45,179 nucleotides of DNA from the NCBI RefSeq assembly GCF_001194135.2, contig NC_068987.1, positions 36,651,382-36,696,560 of the forward strand. The letters run 5' to 3'. Shown here one piece after another: positions 1-12,799 of this stretch. The DNA comes from Octopus bimaculoides (lineage: Eukaryota). A program made the translations under genes and the position numbers. The notes beneath the pieces were generated by a model. That model had not been told where the DNA came from. It saw only the letters and a list, made by a program, of their open reading frames with translations, and made no database searches. Every line of letters starts with the position of its first letter. The first letter of the stretch is position 1.

Positions 1-26
1 TATATATATATATATATATATATATG
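1..26. repeat. (TA)n microsatellite
   Basis: Perfect TA dinucleotide run at the window start. Confidence 0.95.
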
Positions 27-180
27 CCTATCAAGATATCACCTTACAACGTTGTTCTCATCGCACGATCAAACTAAATAATTTAATTACATTTATTCAC
101 TTATTTATATATTAATCTCTAGTGTAACAAACGCTGTCATGCATTTTTCTTCTGTGTTTTTATTTTAAATGCAACCTTTA

Positions 181-224
181 CATTTCTACATTGCCATACA
201 TTTCTACATTGCCATACATTTCTT
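181..224. repeat. 18-bp tandem repeat (~2.4 copies)
   Basis: catttctacattgccata twice, followed by catttctt. Confidence 0.9.
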
Positions 225-1045
225 TCCTCTCGTTTTGTTATCTTTTGTTTATATCACCTTATTATAATTAACTTAAAATACTACAACGTATATGTATCTT
301 TTTATCATTACACACACACATGCTCGCACGCACACACACAAACACACGCGCAAACACACATACAAGCACTCATGCACACACACATATAGTGTTATGATTA
401 TTACGCTGTTGATAATATCAACTTCTAAGTTCTTATCACACGATTCAACTAAACTCTTTCTCATCACAGGTTTCAAATAAATTATTTAATTATTTCATTT
501 ATGCAGAAATATCCGATGTAAAGTACGCTCTCATATTTTTTTCTCACACCTTTAAATTTTGATTCCAAACCTAATCTCAACATTGGTCTATCGTCACTTT
601 TCTTTTTTTCTTGTCTTAGTTTTAATTCCATTCGTTTATTGATTTTAATCTTTCGTGAAAATTTCTTTGATTTTATATCTCGGTCTTCTCGATTAATATC
701 TGTCAAACTTTCTCCATTTTTATTCTCTTTAATGGCGCAGTTGGTTTCCATCTGTCTTTCTCCATTCAAAAGTATCCTGCTTTGTTCTCTCCCTCACTTT
801 TTTTCACAGTCTAATAAACAAAAATTAATACCTATTATATTATAGTTAGATAACTAGTTGCCTTCTCCCCTTTCTGCTGGGATAAAGCAAATTCATATTT
901 CTCACATATTTCGCTCTCTCTCTTATCTTTCGCCAGAGTGAGATCAACAAACTGATATCAATAAAGCACTCTCACTGGGTCTCTCCAACCAGTTTCTCTT
1001 TCGCCGCTATTGCAAGATAGTCAGTTCCACTCCCTCCTCGTATTA

Positions 1046-1046
<1 letters not shown>

Positions 1047-1078
<32 letters not shown>

Positions 1079-1315
1079 ACTCTCTCTCTCTCTCTCTCTT
1101 CCTCTCTCTCTCTCTCTCTCCCCATAGTAAAACTAATTGTTCCTCTTCATATCCGCAAATTTTGATCCAGTTTTCTCTATATAATTCTCTCCAAGTAATG
1201 AAACTATTAAGTTATGTTATTGCGCTCTTTCTCTTTTTCTCTCTCTCTCCTTCTCTCTCTCTTTCTCCCTTTCTCTCTCTCCCCTCCCTCTCTCTCTCTC
1301 TCTCTCCCTCTCTTG
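1047..1315. repeat. Two imperfect (CT)n tracts (~1047-1120 and ~1235-1315)
   Basis: Direct reading; these explain the SL/RE-rich ORFs at 1162-1473. Confidence 0.9.
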
Positions 1316-1809
1316 CTCCTTTCTTTTCGTTTCGTTTTTCGCTTCTCTTGCTACGCAGTGCACAATGGAATAATTTTAACTTGGAATGTACCATAGCTGT
1401 CATAGAACGGCCTACTGCTCTCTGTTTCTCATTCTCTCTGTCTCCGCCTTCTTATCCTCTCATGTATGACTAATGAATTGAACGCTTATTCTCTATTTCT
1501 TCTCTACATCTCTTTATTCTCCTCAAAACATATTGAACCCTTTTACTCTGTTTCGCATCTGAATTTCTTCTAAAGTATTCTTTAAACAAGGAAGACAAAT
1601 CTGAACATATATACTCACGGGCAAGTTGACTAAATTCCTTTATGAAACAAAACAAATTGCAAGCTTATTTAGCAACAGACTCAAGCAAATAAGAATTAGA
1701 AGATGCGATGCTGGCGAGTAGGAGAGTTGCACTCTTTCTTAATAGTGTAGAATAATATTGGGCGCTCTCTTTCAATCAGTCTAGATTTTCTCACAATTTA
1801 TAGTCATCA

Positions 1810-4800
1810 TAGTTCAATGGCGCAAATTGACAGGAAAGACAACAAATTTACCTGCCCTTATGACTTTGTCACACCATATTTACACCTGCTATAGTTGTCA
1901 TGAAAGAAGAAAATAAATTGCAGACGATGAAAGAAGCAATAGTAGTAATGCCAAAGACTCCAGTGTAGTCGAGAAGAGTCTGATATGATCAATGGGGGTG
2001 CCAAGAATCCCACTGCAAACACAATAGGCTCCAATACCATTAATGAGGAAAGTAGTAAAGATGCAGATGCTGAACAAGGTGAAGTTAGCTTTGTCATCAA
2101 CTACAAAAACGAGAAGCATTTAAAACAGACAGACTTGTGATTAAAAGCAAAATTAAGAATAAGCTTTTAGATTTCACATTCAAAAAATTACACCAGTAAA
2201 ATAACTAACAAAATCCTGTACGTTCCAGCTAAAATGCACCCTGATTGTATGGAGAAGACGGAACACATTTTCTCTTTGCTCGCTCTAATCTTCTTCTAAC
2301 TATGCTGAAAGGGGTAACTTTTTCCTCAGAAATCAACCGAAGGGTAGAAAATTACACCCAGTAACCGACAGAAAATCTTCAGTAGAACATGATAACCGAA
2401 GCTCAAAGACATGACCATCCACATAAAAAAAAACTAAACACACACTATCTACCCCACAGAAGTGAAGTAGAATACAGTCCCATATTTTTAAGCATTACAC
2501 AAAAGATTATACGGAAGTTAGCTTGGTTGCAGCAGATAATAAGAACAAGGTATGTTTGTACACTATTCTACGTTAATAGGCCATCCCGAGATGGCTGCCA
2601 CCAATACGCATCGAATCATCACATTGATATTACTACTAAATGTTAAAGAATTGATACCCATTAGAACTAAGAGCGAAATCCCTTGCTTATGAGATTTTAT
2701 CAAATGCAATCAGGTAATAAGATAAGCATTACCAATCACAGAAACCCATCAAATAGTAATATAGAAGACTGGTAGATCTAAATACTGATGTAGATCATAT
2801 TCATACTGACATAGAAGACAGAAACCATGGGAGAGTTGCCATATATGGCCTTGAAGACTATATCCCTTCAGTCTAGTTGTCACACTCTAACACCCATTCC
2901 AGCATATTCATAATACATATTAAGCCATATGAAGCAATTTCATGAAATTAAATCTACAACGTACCATCCATCACGTGCCTCAGACTATGAGGGTATGTGG
3001 TACCTCCTTAAATCATGAGGATATATTTGAAGAGAGCCTTATTAACAGAGATGTAACATTAACCAAACTGGACCAATATACTCTTCGGTGTTTTTAAGGT
3101 TCCTAACATTGAATAGATTGAAGTCACATTCTCTCTGGAATGTCACTGCATGAACACAAAGAAGCAAAAATAGCTACTCAATTTTTCTAAAAACTGTTCA
3201 TGGAAAAAATTGTTCCAATTTATCAAATTTAAAAATATTCCACATCTCTACTTTACAAACAACGTGCAATACATACCTTAAGTGGGGGTGACATCGACAA
3301 TTTACTCGAACCATAACCTAATAGAATTTGCAATATATAGCCCTATGAGAATCGTAGGAACACACTCAGTCAGAAGTAATGCAACATTCTCCAGCTTAAA
3401 TTTTTGCAAACCTCGTGGGGAAGTCAATTCAAGAAGAGATCCTCAAACAGGGTTGGTGAGAAAATTTTTCTCTAGGGGTCCATAACAGTTGAACAGTTTG
3501 TGTCATTTATGTACGCGGTATGCATGAAATATGTCCGAGACCGAAATTCCATGAGGTGCACTACAAAGATTTCAAATCAACTAAACGGTCAATAAAATAA
3601 ACAGAATGAGTAAATAGAAAGTAAACAACCCAGCTTAAGAAGGACACTTTGAAGACGTAGAGAAGAAAACCAAGCATTCTTACGATATAAAGAGACCAGA
3701 TAAAGCAACCATGTCTATAGAAAAATTTGCTATAAAATCAGTCTCTGTGCATCACAAAATTAGGCAATTGTCCTAAACAGATAACTCACTAATGTCAGAC
3801 CCTAAGGTATATGAAGTACTGAATGAGAAGTCCAAAAGTGTTTCTACCTCCTCACTGGGACACACGCAGGTAAGTAAACCATAGTAGTTCTTTAACAAAA
3901 CATCCCTACATAGGATGGTGGAAGCTATCATTGACATAAAGGAGGAAGATGTAAAATCAGTTAAAGATGAATTGAACTTAAATTCTGCAGCAGGCTCTGG
4001 TAAATTCCCTGCATCCATCATAAAAGCGTGTAAACAAACTCTTGCTAAGCCATTCTAAATACTCTTTCAAAGCTCTCTGACAAATGGGAAATCAGCGAAA
4101 AAGTTTTTAAAAGGTTTAATTTCCCGATTTATAAAAGAGAGCAGATGCTGAAAAATACAGGCTTATCTCACTGATTTCGCATATCAGGAACATCAGTGGG
4201 CTAATTATCAGACGAAAATTAATCACGTTCTTAAAATAAAATGTATCACTGACTAAAACTCAGCGCATATTTCGCCCAGAACAAAGTCACCTTACATAAC
4301 TCCTGAAACACTGCGACTTGGTGCTGAACTAGCTATTTAAGTCATGCGACTTTACAAAGGCTTTCGATAAGATCACTCACTAGACAACAAGGGTACACAG
4401 GACATGGAAAAATTGCAATTCCAAAATTGCACTCTGTTCGGGATCTGAGGAAAAGTTTGGATAATAAAATATCTATTCGTGTACATTACCAAAATAGCAA
4501 CGATGTGTAGAAGAATGGCGGAATAGATACTGAGATTATTCAGTAAGAAGAGCGGGACATTTTACTCTTTTTGTGGAGAACATTTTTCTCATCTGCCTGA
4601 ACTGATGTTCACAATTATAGCACTTCTAATAGCATCAAACGAACGGATAATGTAGAAGGAATCCAAAAGTTCCCTGCGTAAAGACCACCTCAATACAACA
4701 ACTAATTTAGTGAGAGATGTTGAAAGCATTAAACTTTTGGAGAGAAGACTGTAAATATAAGCAGTGATCTTTTCATTAAAGGTCCTCAACAGGTTTTTAT

Positions 4801-5200
4801 ACTGCAATGATTTGAAGCTTCTACTCTCCTCATCGAAAATTACGACCAAATACTGCAACTGTCTATGGTTTCTGTTATGTCTCAAGCTACTGTAATCTAG
4901 TACCTTCGGATGATCTCTACTCAACCGCTACACAACTACTATTCGACTGCTACTCAACACACCTACCACGGCCAGACTACCTCTAATTATATGTCTTGGG
5001 AGATCTTACTTCTTCGCCTGACAGCTTTTAATACCTCGTTAAACAAACTGAGTGGATAAAGATGAATATAAGGAGCACTAAGATAACCAAGCATCTGCGA
5101 TTTGGGATGAACCAAATCCAACTAAAGACAGTGGCAGCACACTCTCTAATTCAGCAAAGGTAAGTATTGAGTAAACAGTGCCAACTGCATAGGCCTAAAT
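1810..5200 (+). mobile_element. Decayed, internally deleted CR1/L2-group LINE (ORF1 relic, APE endonuclease, partial RT, C-terminus)
   Basis: APE-type motif HTDIEDRNHGRVAIY (2802-2846). RT N-terminal motif NSAAGSGKFPASIIKACKQTLAKP (from 3981), a KYRLISL-like motif (~4150) and DFTKAFDKITH (4348-4380). The sequence then jumps to a C-terminal-like region, with no QG/YADD motifs visible. Many stops and frameshifts. Clade assignment and ends are approximate. Confidence 0.8.
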
Positions 5201-6631
5201 GTGTGCAAATAGAGTTGTATCGAATCATTAAGCATGTGTTACAGAATTTGTCCTCTTACCATCATTTAGATGGTGTGTGTAAAATCCAAATTCATGTAAT
5301 TAAATTAAATTTCATTGATTTTATAGTTTAAGCGATGAATTGAAACAATTGTAGGTCTTATCACTGTAATGATAAATTTTCATTCATCTTATCTCCATCC
5401 CCTCTCTTGGTTTTTATAATAATAATAATAATATATGTGTGCGTATACTATAAGGTATTCAACCAATCTAATCTTGGATATTTCTATCCCCCTGGGGTTT
5501 GTATATTCTCACCTGTACTTTAATTTATACGTATATACGTATATAGGTTAGTAGAGTCAGCAGTTGGAATAACCGTCTAAGGGATAAGAATATCCGTTTT
5601 TACTACTGGTATAAAATTACCTATGTTAACCCTGAGCGCACATATGCAAGCATATTATGCTCATAGGATACAGACAACAACAAAATAAACAAGAGTTTAT
5701 CAGGAATCAAATTTAAATTAAGCTGAAAATGGAGAAAATTCTTTATTAACAAGCAAATTGACTACCTTCAATTATTATTTTTTGATACAAAACTTTATTA
5801 CATCTAACAGCCGTTTCTGCTACCAATTTCCCTCAGCGCTTCCAAAGAAATTTCTGAGAATAATATTCGTCATATTCTATAGCACATCCGATTTTGTACA
5901 TGGAGCTTCATGAGAGTGAAGAAAAATACGTAAAGTAAAAGAAGAGTAGAGGAACGAAAAGGGCTTCGAGATGAGGAACGAAGGTTAAATATTTTTGAAT
6001 CATACCATTTTGCAGTGTAACCTATATATATATACACAATGTACACAAAATTAAGGATTAAAAGGAATCAGATACTTAAAAGATTAACACCAACGAGGGT
6101 AGGAATAAACTTTTAAACAGCACCTTTAGTCGAATAAATATCATGAGTACCGAAGGACATCCAGTGAAAAATTCAGATTGTGTATTCAGACAATTTAACC
6201 GTTATGAGCATTTTTATAGCCTATGGGCTAATCCAAAAGTGTACGTTGTACTGATCATGCGTTATTTGGTATACTCCAGAATACCCGAGGGGTCGAGATT
6301 CCAGTCAGGTGTATTATGAACAAATAAATAAGTAACGTAATGGATACGTGATACTTCATCACAGTGGTTTCCAGCGGATTTCTTTAATAGTTTACTGAGT
6401 ACATTATATCATAACTAAAAATAACTCTGTTAAGCCAGCTTCGCAGGAATCAAGTTTGATTGTGGTAAAGTACTAATTTTACATTATTTTGAAATGCTAT
6501 GTATCATCTGATGAAAGCGTTTTTCTTTTGTTTTTTGTTTTTTAGATATGAAGTAATATACTCATTAATCTATTAAACAAATCCGCTGGAAACGGCTGTG
6601 AAGAAGTGGCGCATATCCATCGCTTTTTTTA

Positions 6632-6635
<4 letters not shown>

Positions 6636-6714
<79 letters not shown>
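6636..6714. repeat. (GT)n microsatellite
   Basis: Perfect GT run. Confidence 0.95.
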
Positions 6715-6717
<3 letters not shown>

Positions 6718-6945
6718 CTCGCTTGCTGTAGAGAGGTTGTCTTTCTTGTCAGTCAATAGATACTGCTTTTCCCGTAGCTAAGAGTTGCTTATATTCTTAT
6801 TTCTAGCAATGTGGGTGATGACTTTCACCCTTAGTCACTGTGCTTTTTGGTTTTAAATTGTGAGTAGCTATCTTAATAATATATGTGTGTGTGCGTGTGT
6901 TTATTATATTATATTATATTAAACCATTTGCGTCAGTAATTCTGT

Positions 6946-6946
<1 letters not shown>

Positions 6947-7004
<58 letters not shown>
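6947..7004. repeat. (CT)n microsatellite
   Basis: Near-perfect CT run. Confidence 0.95.
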
Positions 7005-7006
<2 letters not shown>

Positions 7007-8225
7007 ATTTTACTCGCTTCTGGTTTCATTTCTCTCTTCCTATCTCGTATATCTGAATCTCTTTACGTTAGTCCCACAGTCATTTTCTACTATTCTCTTA
7101 GTTATACTATCATTCCGACTTTGTCTATAAAGATATACGACAATGACACAATCAAGTAGAAATTGTTCAGACAAAAAGAACAAAGTAATTACAGGAAACA
7201 AAAGTTTAGAGAAGTACAAAACATCAACTAAAATTTAGTTGTGAACAAAGTATGAAGGAAACTATTTATCACCATTTGTTTTGCTTTGGTCGTATGTCTT
7301 TGAGAGTGATTGTGTATGTGTGTGAGTATTTAAATAGTACACCTTTATATCCAAAGATATGTTTTAGTGAGTGGAGCTGATATATATACACACACACACT
7401 CACAGAGATACAAAAACATATGTGCGCACAAATCTATAAACATACATACATATACACACACGTGTGTGTGTGTGTGTATGTGTGTGTGCGTATGTGTGTA
7501 TGTGTGTGATTGAGTGTGTGTTTCGCAAATACAACTTAATGTTATTTGTGTATACTACAGTGCTTAATGGATTTGGGCGTATTAAATCGAATTACATTTG
7601 AATCTGGATCAGTTTCATATTAGAAAGTGATAATTGAAAACAGCTCGAGTGTGAAAAGATCCGAAACACTGTCGCTAGATAATGAAGATTTAGCCACGAC
7701 ATTTCTCAACCCTAATTACGTGAAAGGTCGAGTTATTAGCCAACGTGCAGCCTGTCTTCACGTGATGGATCATTCTGGACCCATCTTGAATGTTCTAAGT
7801 ACAAGGGTTATAAATATGGTTTGTTTGAGCGCTAGCTTTCAGTTTGTGCCAAACTGCGGTCCACGTCATACACATCCCTTTCACTGTACGTAGTTGTTTG
7901 AACGATCCCATGCTCAACCTGGATATGTGTTACATCTGTCAGATATGAATCGATGTGTACAGATTCTAAAGTTTATCAAGCTCCAGTACGAAGTCATTGT
8001 GTCCATCTTAATATACATGTTACTCTTTTATTCTTTTATTTGTTTCAGACATTTGATTGTGGCCATGCTGTCGATTACAAAATGTAATTTCCAGAACTAG
8101 ACACAGAACGTTCACCCGAAAGGAAGCATTTGTAAAGTTCTGCAAATTACATTCGGTGTATTTTTCAAATGTCTTCAATCTGGCGCGCTGAGGCCGGAAA
8201 TAACTCAGCAGTTAATAAATTTCTG

Positions 8226-8420
8226 CAGCTAATTTACCGGTTTGAGAACATATAGGAGTCCACTTTTGGTGGTCATTCCTCTTAATTTTGTATCTAATAT
8301 AATTTTAATCTTCGGATTTTTTAAATATGCTAAGCCACTTGTTTTAATTGATTAATATCAATTTCTACCCGCATTATTAAATTTTTAAATAACGATGTTC
8401 TCAAACCGGTAAATTAGCTG
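8226..8420. mobile_element. MITE-like element or remnant with a perfect 26-bp inverted repeat
   Basis: cagctaatttaccggtttgagaacat (8226-8251) is the exact reverse complement of 8395-8420. The spacer is AT-rich and no TSD is visible. Confidence 0.6.
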
Positions 8421-9006
8421 ACCACCGGCCATCTTTCTTCTCCTAATTTGTGTTTCTTTCTCTCTGTTGTAGCTGGATCAAGGAAGACGTGTTCTTGTCT
8501 GTCTCCTGTCCAAGCTTGTTATACGCGTTCGCCACCACAACCTCGTTTAGGCTTAGCAGCCCTTTCTGTTTGTTTTCACTGTCCTGTTTATGTTACCAAT
8601 TCTGACCCTTTGCAAGATCACAAATTTTATTTAATTTGCTTTGCGGGAGCAACTATTTAATCGAAAGCGTATGGTATTGTTAAATGCTCGAAATACGAGA
8701 GTAGAAAAGCAGCCAACAACTGATGAAGGGTCATCCTTTGTGCTGTTTGCCTTGTTTTCCATTTGAGTCTTTCGTTGATTGAAAAAGAATAGTTCATATT
8801 CCATGTACTCGTACCTCGTATTTTATGTTGTACACGTTTCGTGACGTCCTGTGCCCACATATGCATATATATATATAAAACAAGCACGTGCATTATTTTG
8901 ACGCTCGGGAAGGTGAGAAAGTATTTTACGTTTCAAGCCTACGCTCTTCAACAGCAAGGAACACGATGAAATAAACAGAGAGAATATTAAAAAAACTTGG
9001 GGTTTT

Positions 9007-9025
9007 ACCGGTCAATCATATATAT

Positions 9026-9086
<61 letters not shown>

Positions 9087-9122
9087 AATGTATGTATGTA
9101 TATGTGTGTGTGTGTGTGTGTA
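9007..9122. repeat. Compound (TA)n/(TG)n microsatellite
   Basis: Direct reading. Confidence 0.95.
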
Positions 9123-11033
9123 TGCACGAACACAAAACTACTCGTATTAATCTTCCTTTCATCTTCTACAATCTTTTTTCCTCTAAGCAGTTACGACAGC
9201 GAAAGCAGATTACGTCATTTTATGTAAACTAGAACGAATATTTCTTTCTTTTATTCTTGCTCGAACTAAATGGGTATATAACAACATGCCAGCCGACACA
9301 AAAAGTCCCTAGTGAGATTTCTTTATCAATGTACATGAAGAGACCAAGACCGACAGGTCAAAACATATGTTGTACCTCATAAGAGTCTAATACGAACTCC
9401 ATCTCCTACTATTAGTTAATATTATATATTTATATATATATATAATATGAATTAATAGTAGAAGATGGACTTATATATATATATAGTTAAATAAGATTCA
9501 TTTACAGTTGAGTCGACATGTTGCAACGTGATATTAAATATTTTATCCAAATATTTTGCCTCTGTATGGTTCCGACAGGCAACCGAATTCCAGGTCCGAT
9601 CGCCATTTGTTGGATGCTTACCTCTTCAATTGCAATACCTGCTGTAAAGTATAAGTAAGCGTTTTGATGACTTGATCGTAATATTATAACACTGGGCTCC
9701 TAAGACGTTGTAACATTCTGCCTTTTATCAGCCTGCTCATGTCACAAGTGAAACGGATTTGTATCTCAACTGGAAATGAAACCGTATACCGAACACGCTA
9801 CATGTTAATTCTTTTTCTTTATTTCACAGAGTGTTTCTGCAGAAACGGGCGATGAATTAGTAAGGCATCGCAAATAATTGGAACCAACATCACGATGAAT
9901 TGTGACCTACAGGTATTAGACATTCAAGCTGAAAATTCGTGCAAGTACATGATATTAAATGTGAAATATTATTATTTTGCACATGGAAACAAAAAGACAG
10001 ACAAAGAAAGAGAGAACGGGATTGAGATAGAATTAGAGAGCTGAAGTGTATGTAAGTGTGTTACTAGGAAGAGTGAAGAGAGCGAGTAAGAAATGGAAAT
10101 CAAAAGAAGACAAAATGTGGAGGAAGAAAAGATGGCGAATGTATCTAATTTTGGAACGTTTCATACTTGATTAAATTCCAATATTTCGTTTTTAGTGGAA
10201 TGTGTAATGAAACAGTTATGTTTTATCAACTTTCCTGGTGGCGTGATAATTGCATTGTGTATTTTTTTAGATGGTCACAAACAAGAGTGAGCAGAGGTTA
10301 AGCCCGACTAATGAACAAATTGACTAAGGATTCTAGTGATTTAATAAAACAGAAATAAAAATTATAAAAGGAAACAAAACACACACAAGTAAGAGCAACA
10401 CTAACAACAATAAGATCAGCAACAACGAAAAAAGACTATCATTCTGTATCATCTGAAATAGTATCTGTAACTATAAGAGAGAAAAATATTTGAGTGATTT
10501 AACAACAAAAAGTAATCATACAAATTACTAAATAAAACCGAATAAGAAAAGGAAAAGTTTGAAAACAAAAATAAGAAGCTAGAGTAAAATAGCGATACTA
10601 AATAATAGAAATTTAATTGCAAGATGAAGGAAGAGTCAAAGGTTTAATTGACAGAACACGTGGTGTGAATCAGGACATAATGAAAACATCATTGGTAATT
10701 CATAATTGCTATGGTAACAGTTTGGCAGATAGAGTCTTGGCTAAACAGTTTAGCCACTAAATTCAACTAGCTGGAAAAATTAATTCTCATCACCTAGTTA
10801 GCCGTTAATCAATAACTTTAATTAATCAGTCTACAGCTCACCCGTTAATTTGACTGACGCTCTCTATTGGTGACAAGACTCCTTGGTACCGGGCCAACAT
10901 TGATATTGAGTTGAAAAGCAGAGGTGAGTTAATTCCTTCGAGGAATTAATATAATACCAAGGTCGGTGTGGCTAACAATTTTATTACTTAATGTAATGTC
11001 ACTTCTAGTACTGTCACAACAGTTTTGTTGGTG

Positions 11034-11037
<4 letters not shown>

Positions 11038-11103
<66 letters not shown>
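11038..11103. repeat. (ATT)n microsatellite
   Basis: Perfect ATT run; source of the poly-Ile ORFs. Confidence 0.95.
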
Positions 11104-11104
<1 letters not shown>

Positions 11105-12145
11105 TTGAGTTCAAATTCCGCCGAAGTCGACTTGCCTTTCGTCCTTTCGGGGTCGTTAAATAAGTACCAGTTAAACATTAGGAACGATGTAATCGATTAG
11201 TTCCCTCCCCAAAATTTCTGGCTATACGACACACTATCTGTATCCTTATATTTTCGAACAAGGGAGTTTAGCATCCCCACTCAGCACAAATCAATATCTG
11301 TGGACCGCGATACCGGGGTTATTTCCCTTCCTCAGCACAGAAAAATTGTTCGAAAACATATATATAATTTCCAAAGTGACACACATGATTTACATTATTG
11401 TTGACTTCAAATTCCGCCGAGGTCGACGTTGCCTTTCATCCTTTCAGAGTTGATAAATTAAGTACCAGTTAAACACAGGAGTCGATGAAATTGACTTACT
11501 CCCTCCCCAAAATTGCTGGCTTTGTGCCAAAATTTGAAATCATTATTATTATTATTGTTGAGTTTAAATTCCACCGAGGTCGACTGTGCCTTTCATCCTC
11601 TCGGGGTCGATAAATTAAGTACCAGTTAAGTACCTGGGTCGATGTGATCGACTGTCTCCCTCTCCACAAAATCCAGGCCTTGTGCCTATAGTAGAAACGA
11701 TTATTATTATTGTTAGCACGTTGGGCGAAATGCTTGGGATATCTCGTCCGTCTTTAATTTCTGAGTTCAAATTCCGCCGAGGTCGACTTTACCTTTCATC
11801 CTTTTGGAGTTAATAAATTAAGCATCAGTGAAACATTGGGGTCTATGTAATCGACTAGTCCCTTCCCCAAAAATTTCAGGCCTTGTGCCTATACTGGAAA
11901 GGATTATTATTATTATTATTATTGATTAAGGTGGCGAGCCGGTAGAATTGTTAGCACTTCCGTGAAATGCTTGGTGGTATTTCTTTACGTTCTGAGTTCA
12001 AATTCCGCCTAGGTCGACGTTGCCATTCATCCTTTCAGGGTCAATAATTTAAGTACCAGTGAAGCACTGGGGTATGTAATCGACTAGTCCTCTCCCCAAA
12101 ATTTTCATGCCTTATGTATTTGTAGAAATGATTATTATTATTATT
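11104..12145 (+). mobile_element. Head-to-tail stack of five tRNA-derived SINE copies, most ending in (ATT)n
   Basis: Recurrent body gagttcaaattccgccgaggtcgac..gcctttcatcctttcggggtcgataaattaagtaccagt at ~11104, ~11400, ~11557, ~11712 and ~11928. The last copy keeps the full tRNA-like head (ggtggcgagccggtagaattgttagc...gagttcaaattcc). Confidence 0.9.
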
Positions 12146-12442
12146 GTTTGTGGCCAGGACTACACTCCGTGTTTTATTGACTTGTTTTTATTCCTATAAG
12201 TCTAATTTTGTTTTCTTCTTTCGTGTATAGTGAGTCGTATTTTGAGAAGACCACAAGTGTTCGAGCAAAATTTTTTATCTACCTTAAGGTGCAAAATTTC
12301 GAATAGAAAACCTCTCTTTTCAAAATATTGTTTAAAATTTCAGTATGGTGGAGGCTTCTTCGTCAAAAGGAGAAGAAGGGCTGGTGGGAGATAGTTTTGA
12401 AGACAAAATTGGCTTTCACTGTCAAAATCCCCCGGCTGATCT

Positions 12443-12742
12443 AAAAGGTAAAGACTCCCTTCGGTCATGAATGACCATGATATTGCACCTAGAAAGTTTC
12501 CCTCCGAGGCACAAGTCCGGGCAAGGTTGTTTATAAAAAAACAGCAGTCGCTCGTGCATACCAGCCACCGATGTTATCCAAGGGAATGACAAAGGCCTCT
12601 ACATCTTGGCAGCAGTGACGTTGCAGCTCATTTCTACTGCTGTGTGATCTGGAGCAACGTGAAACACAACACACAGTCGCTCAAGGAATAGAACTCACTA
12701 CCTCATAATTGTGAGCCCGACGCTCGAAACACTGAGCCATGC
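12443..12742 (-). mobile_element. tRNA-derived SINE, second family
   Basis: Minus strand begins gcatggctcagtgtttcgagcgtcgggctcacaattatgaggtagtgagttc (A/B-box-like head) and ends toward ...gggagtctttacctttta. It resembles an abundant octopus SINE as I recall it. Confidence 0.75.
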
Positions 12743-12799
12743 TAATCTAACAACCACGGATAGAGATAGTAGCAGCATAATCAATAGTAGTAATGACAT

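Noticed and set aside
273-1655. ORFs at 273-845 and 1162-1655
   Set aside because: Low-complexity purine/pyrimidine-skewed or microsatellite sequence, with no recognisable domain or exon structure.
8715-8745. Second hammerhead (ctgatgaagggtcatcc)
   Set aside because: No GAAA box or stems follow the CTGATGA.
11928-12010. tRNA gene
   Set aside because: The tRNA-like A/B boxes are SINE heads that run into SINE bodies. No complete cloverleaf was found here or at the other SINE heads.
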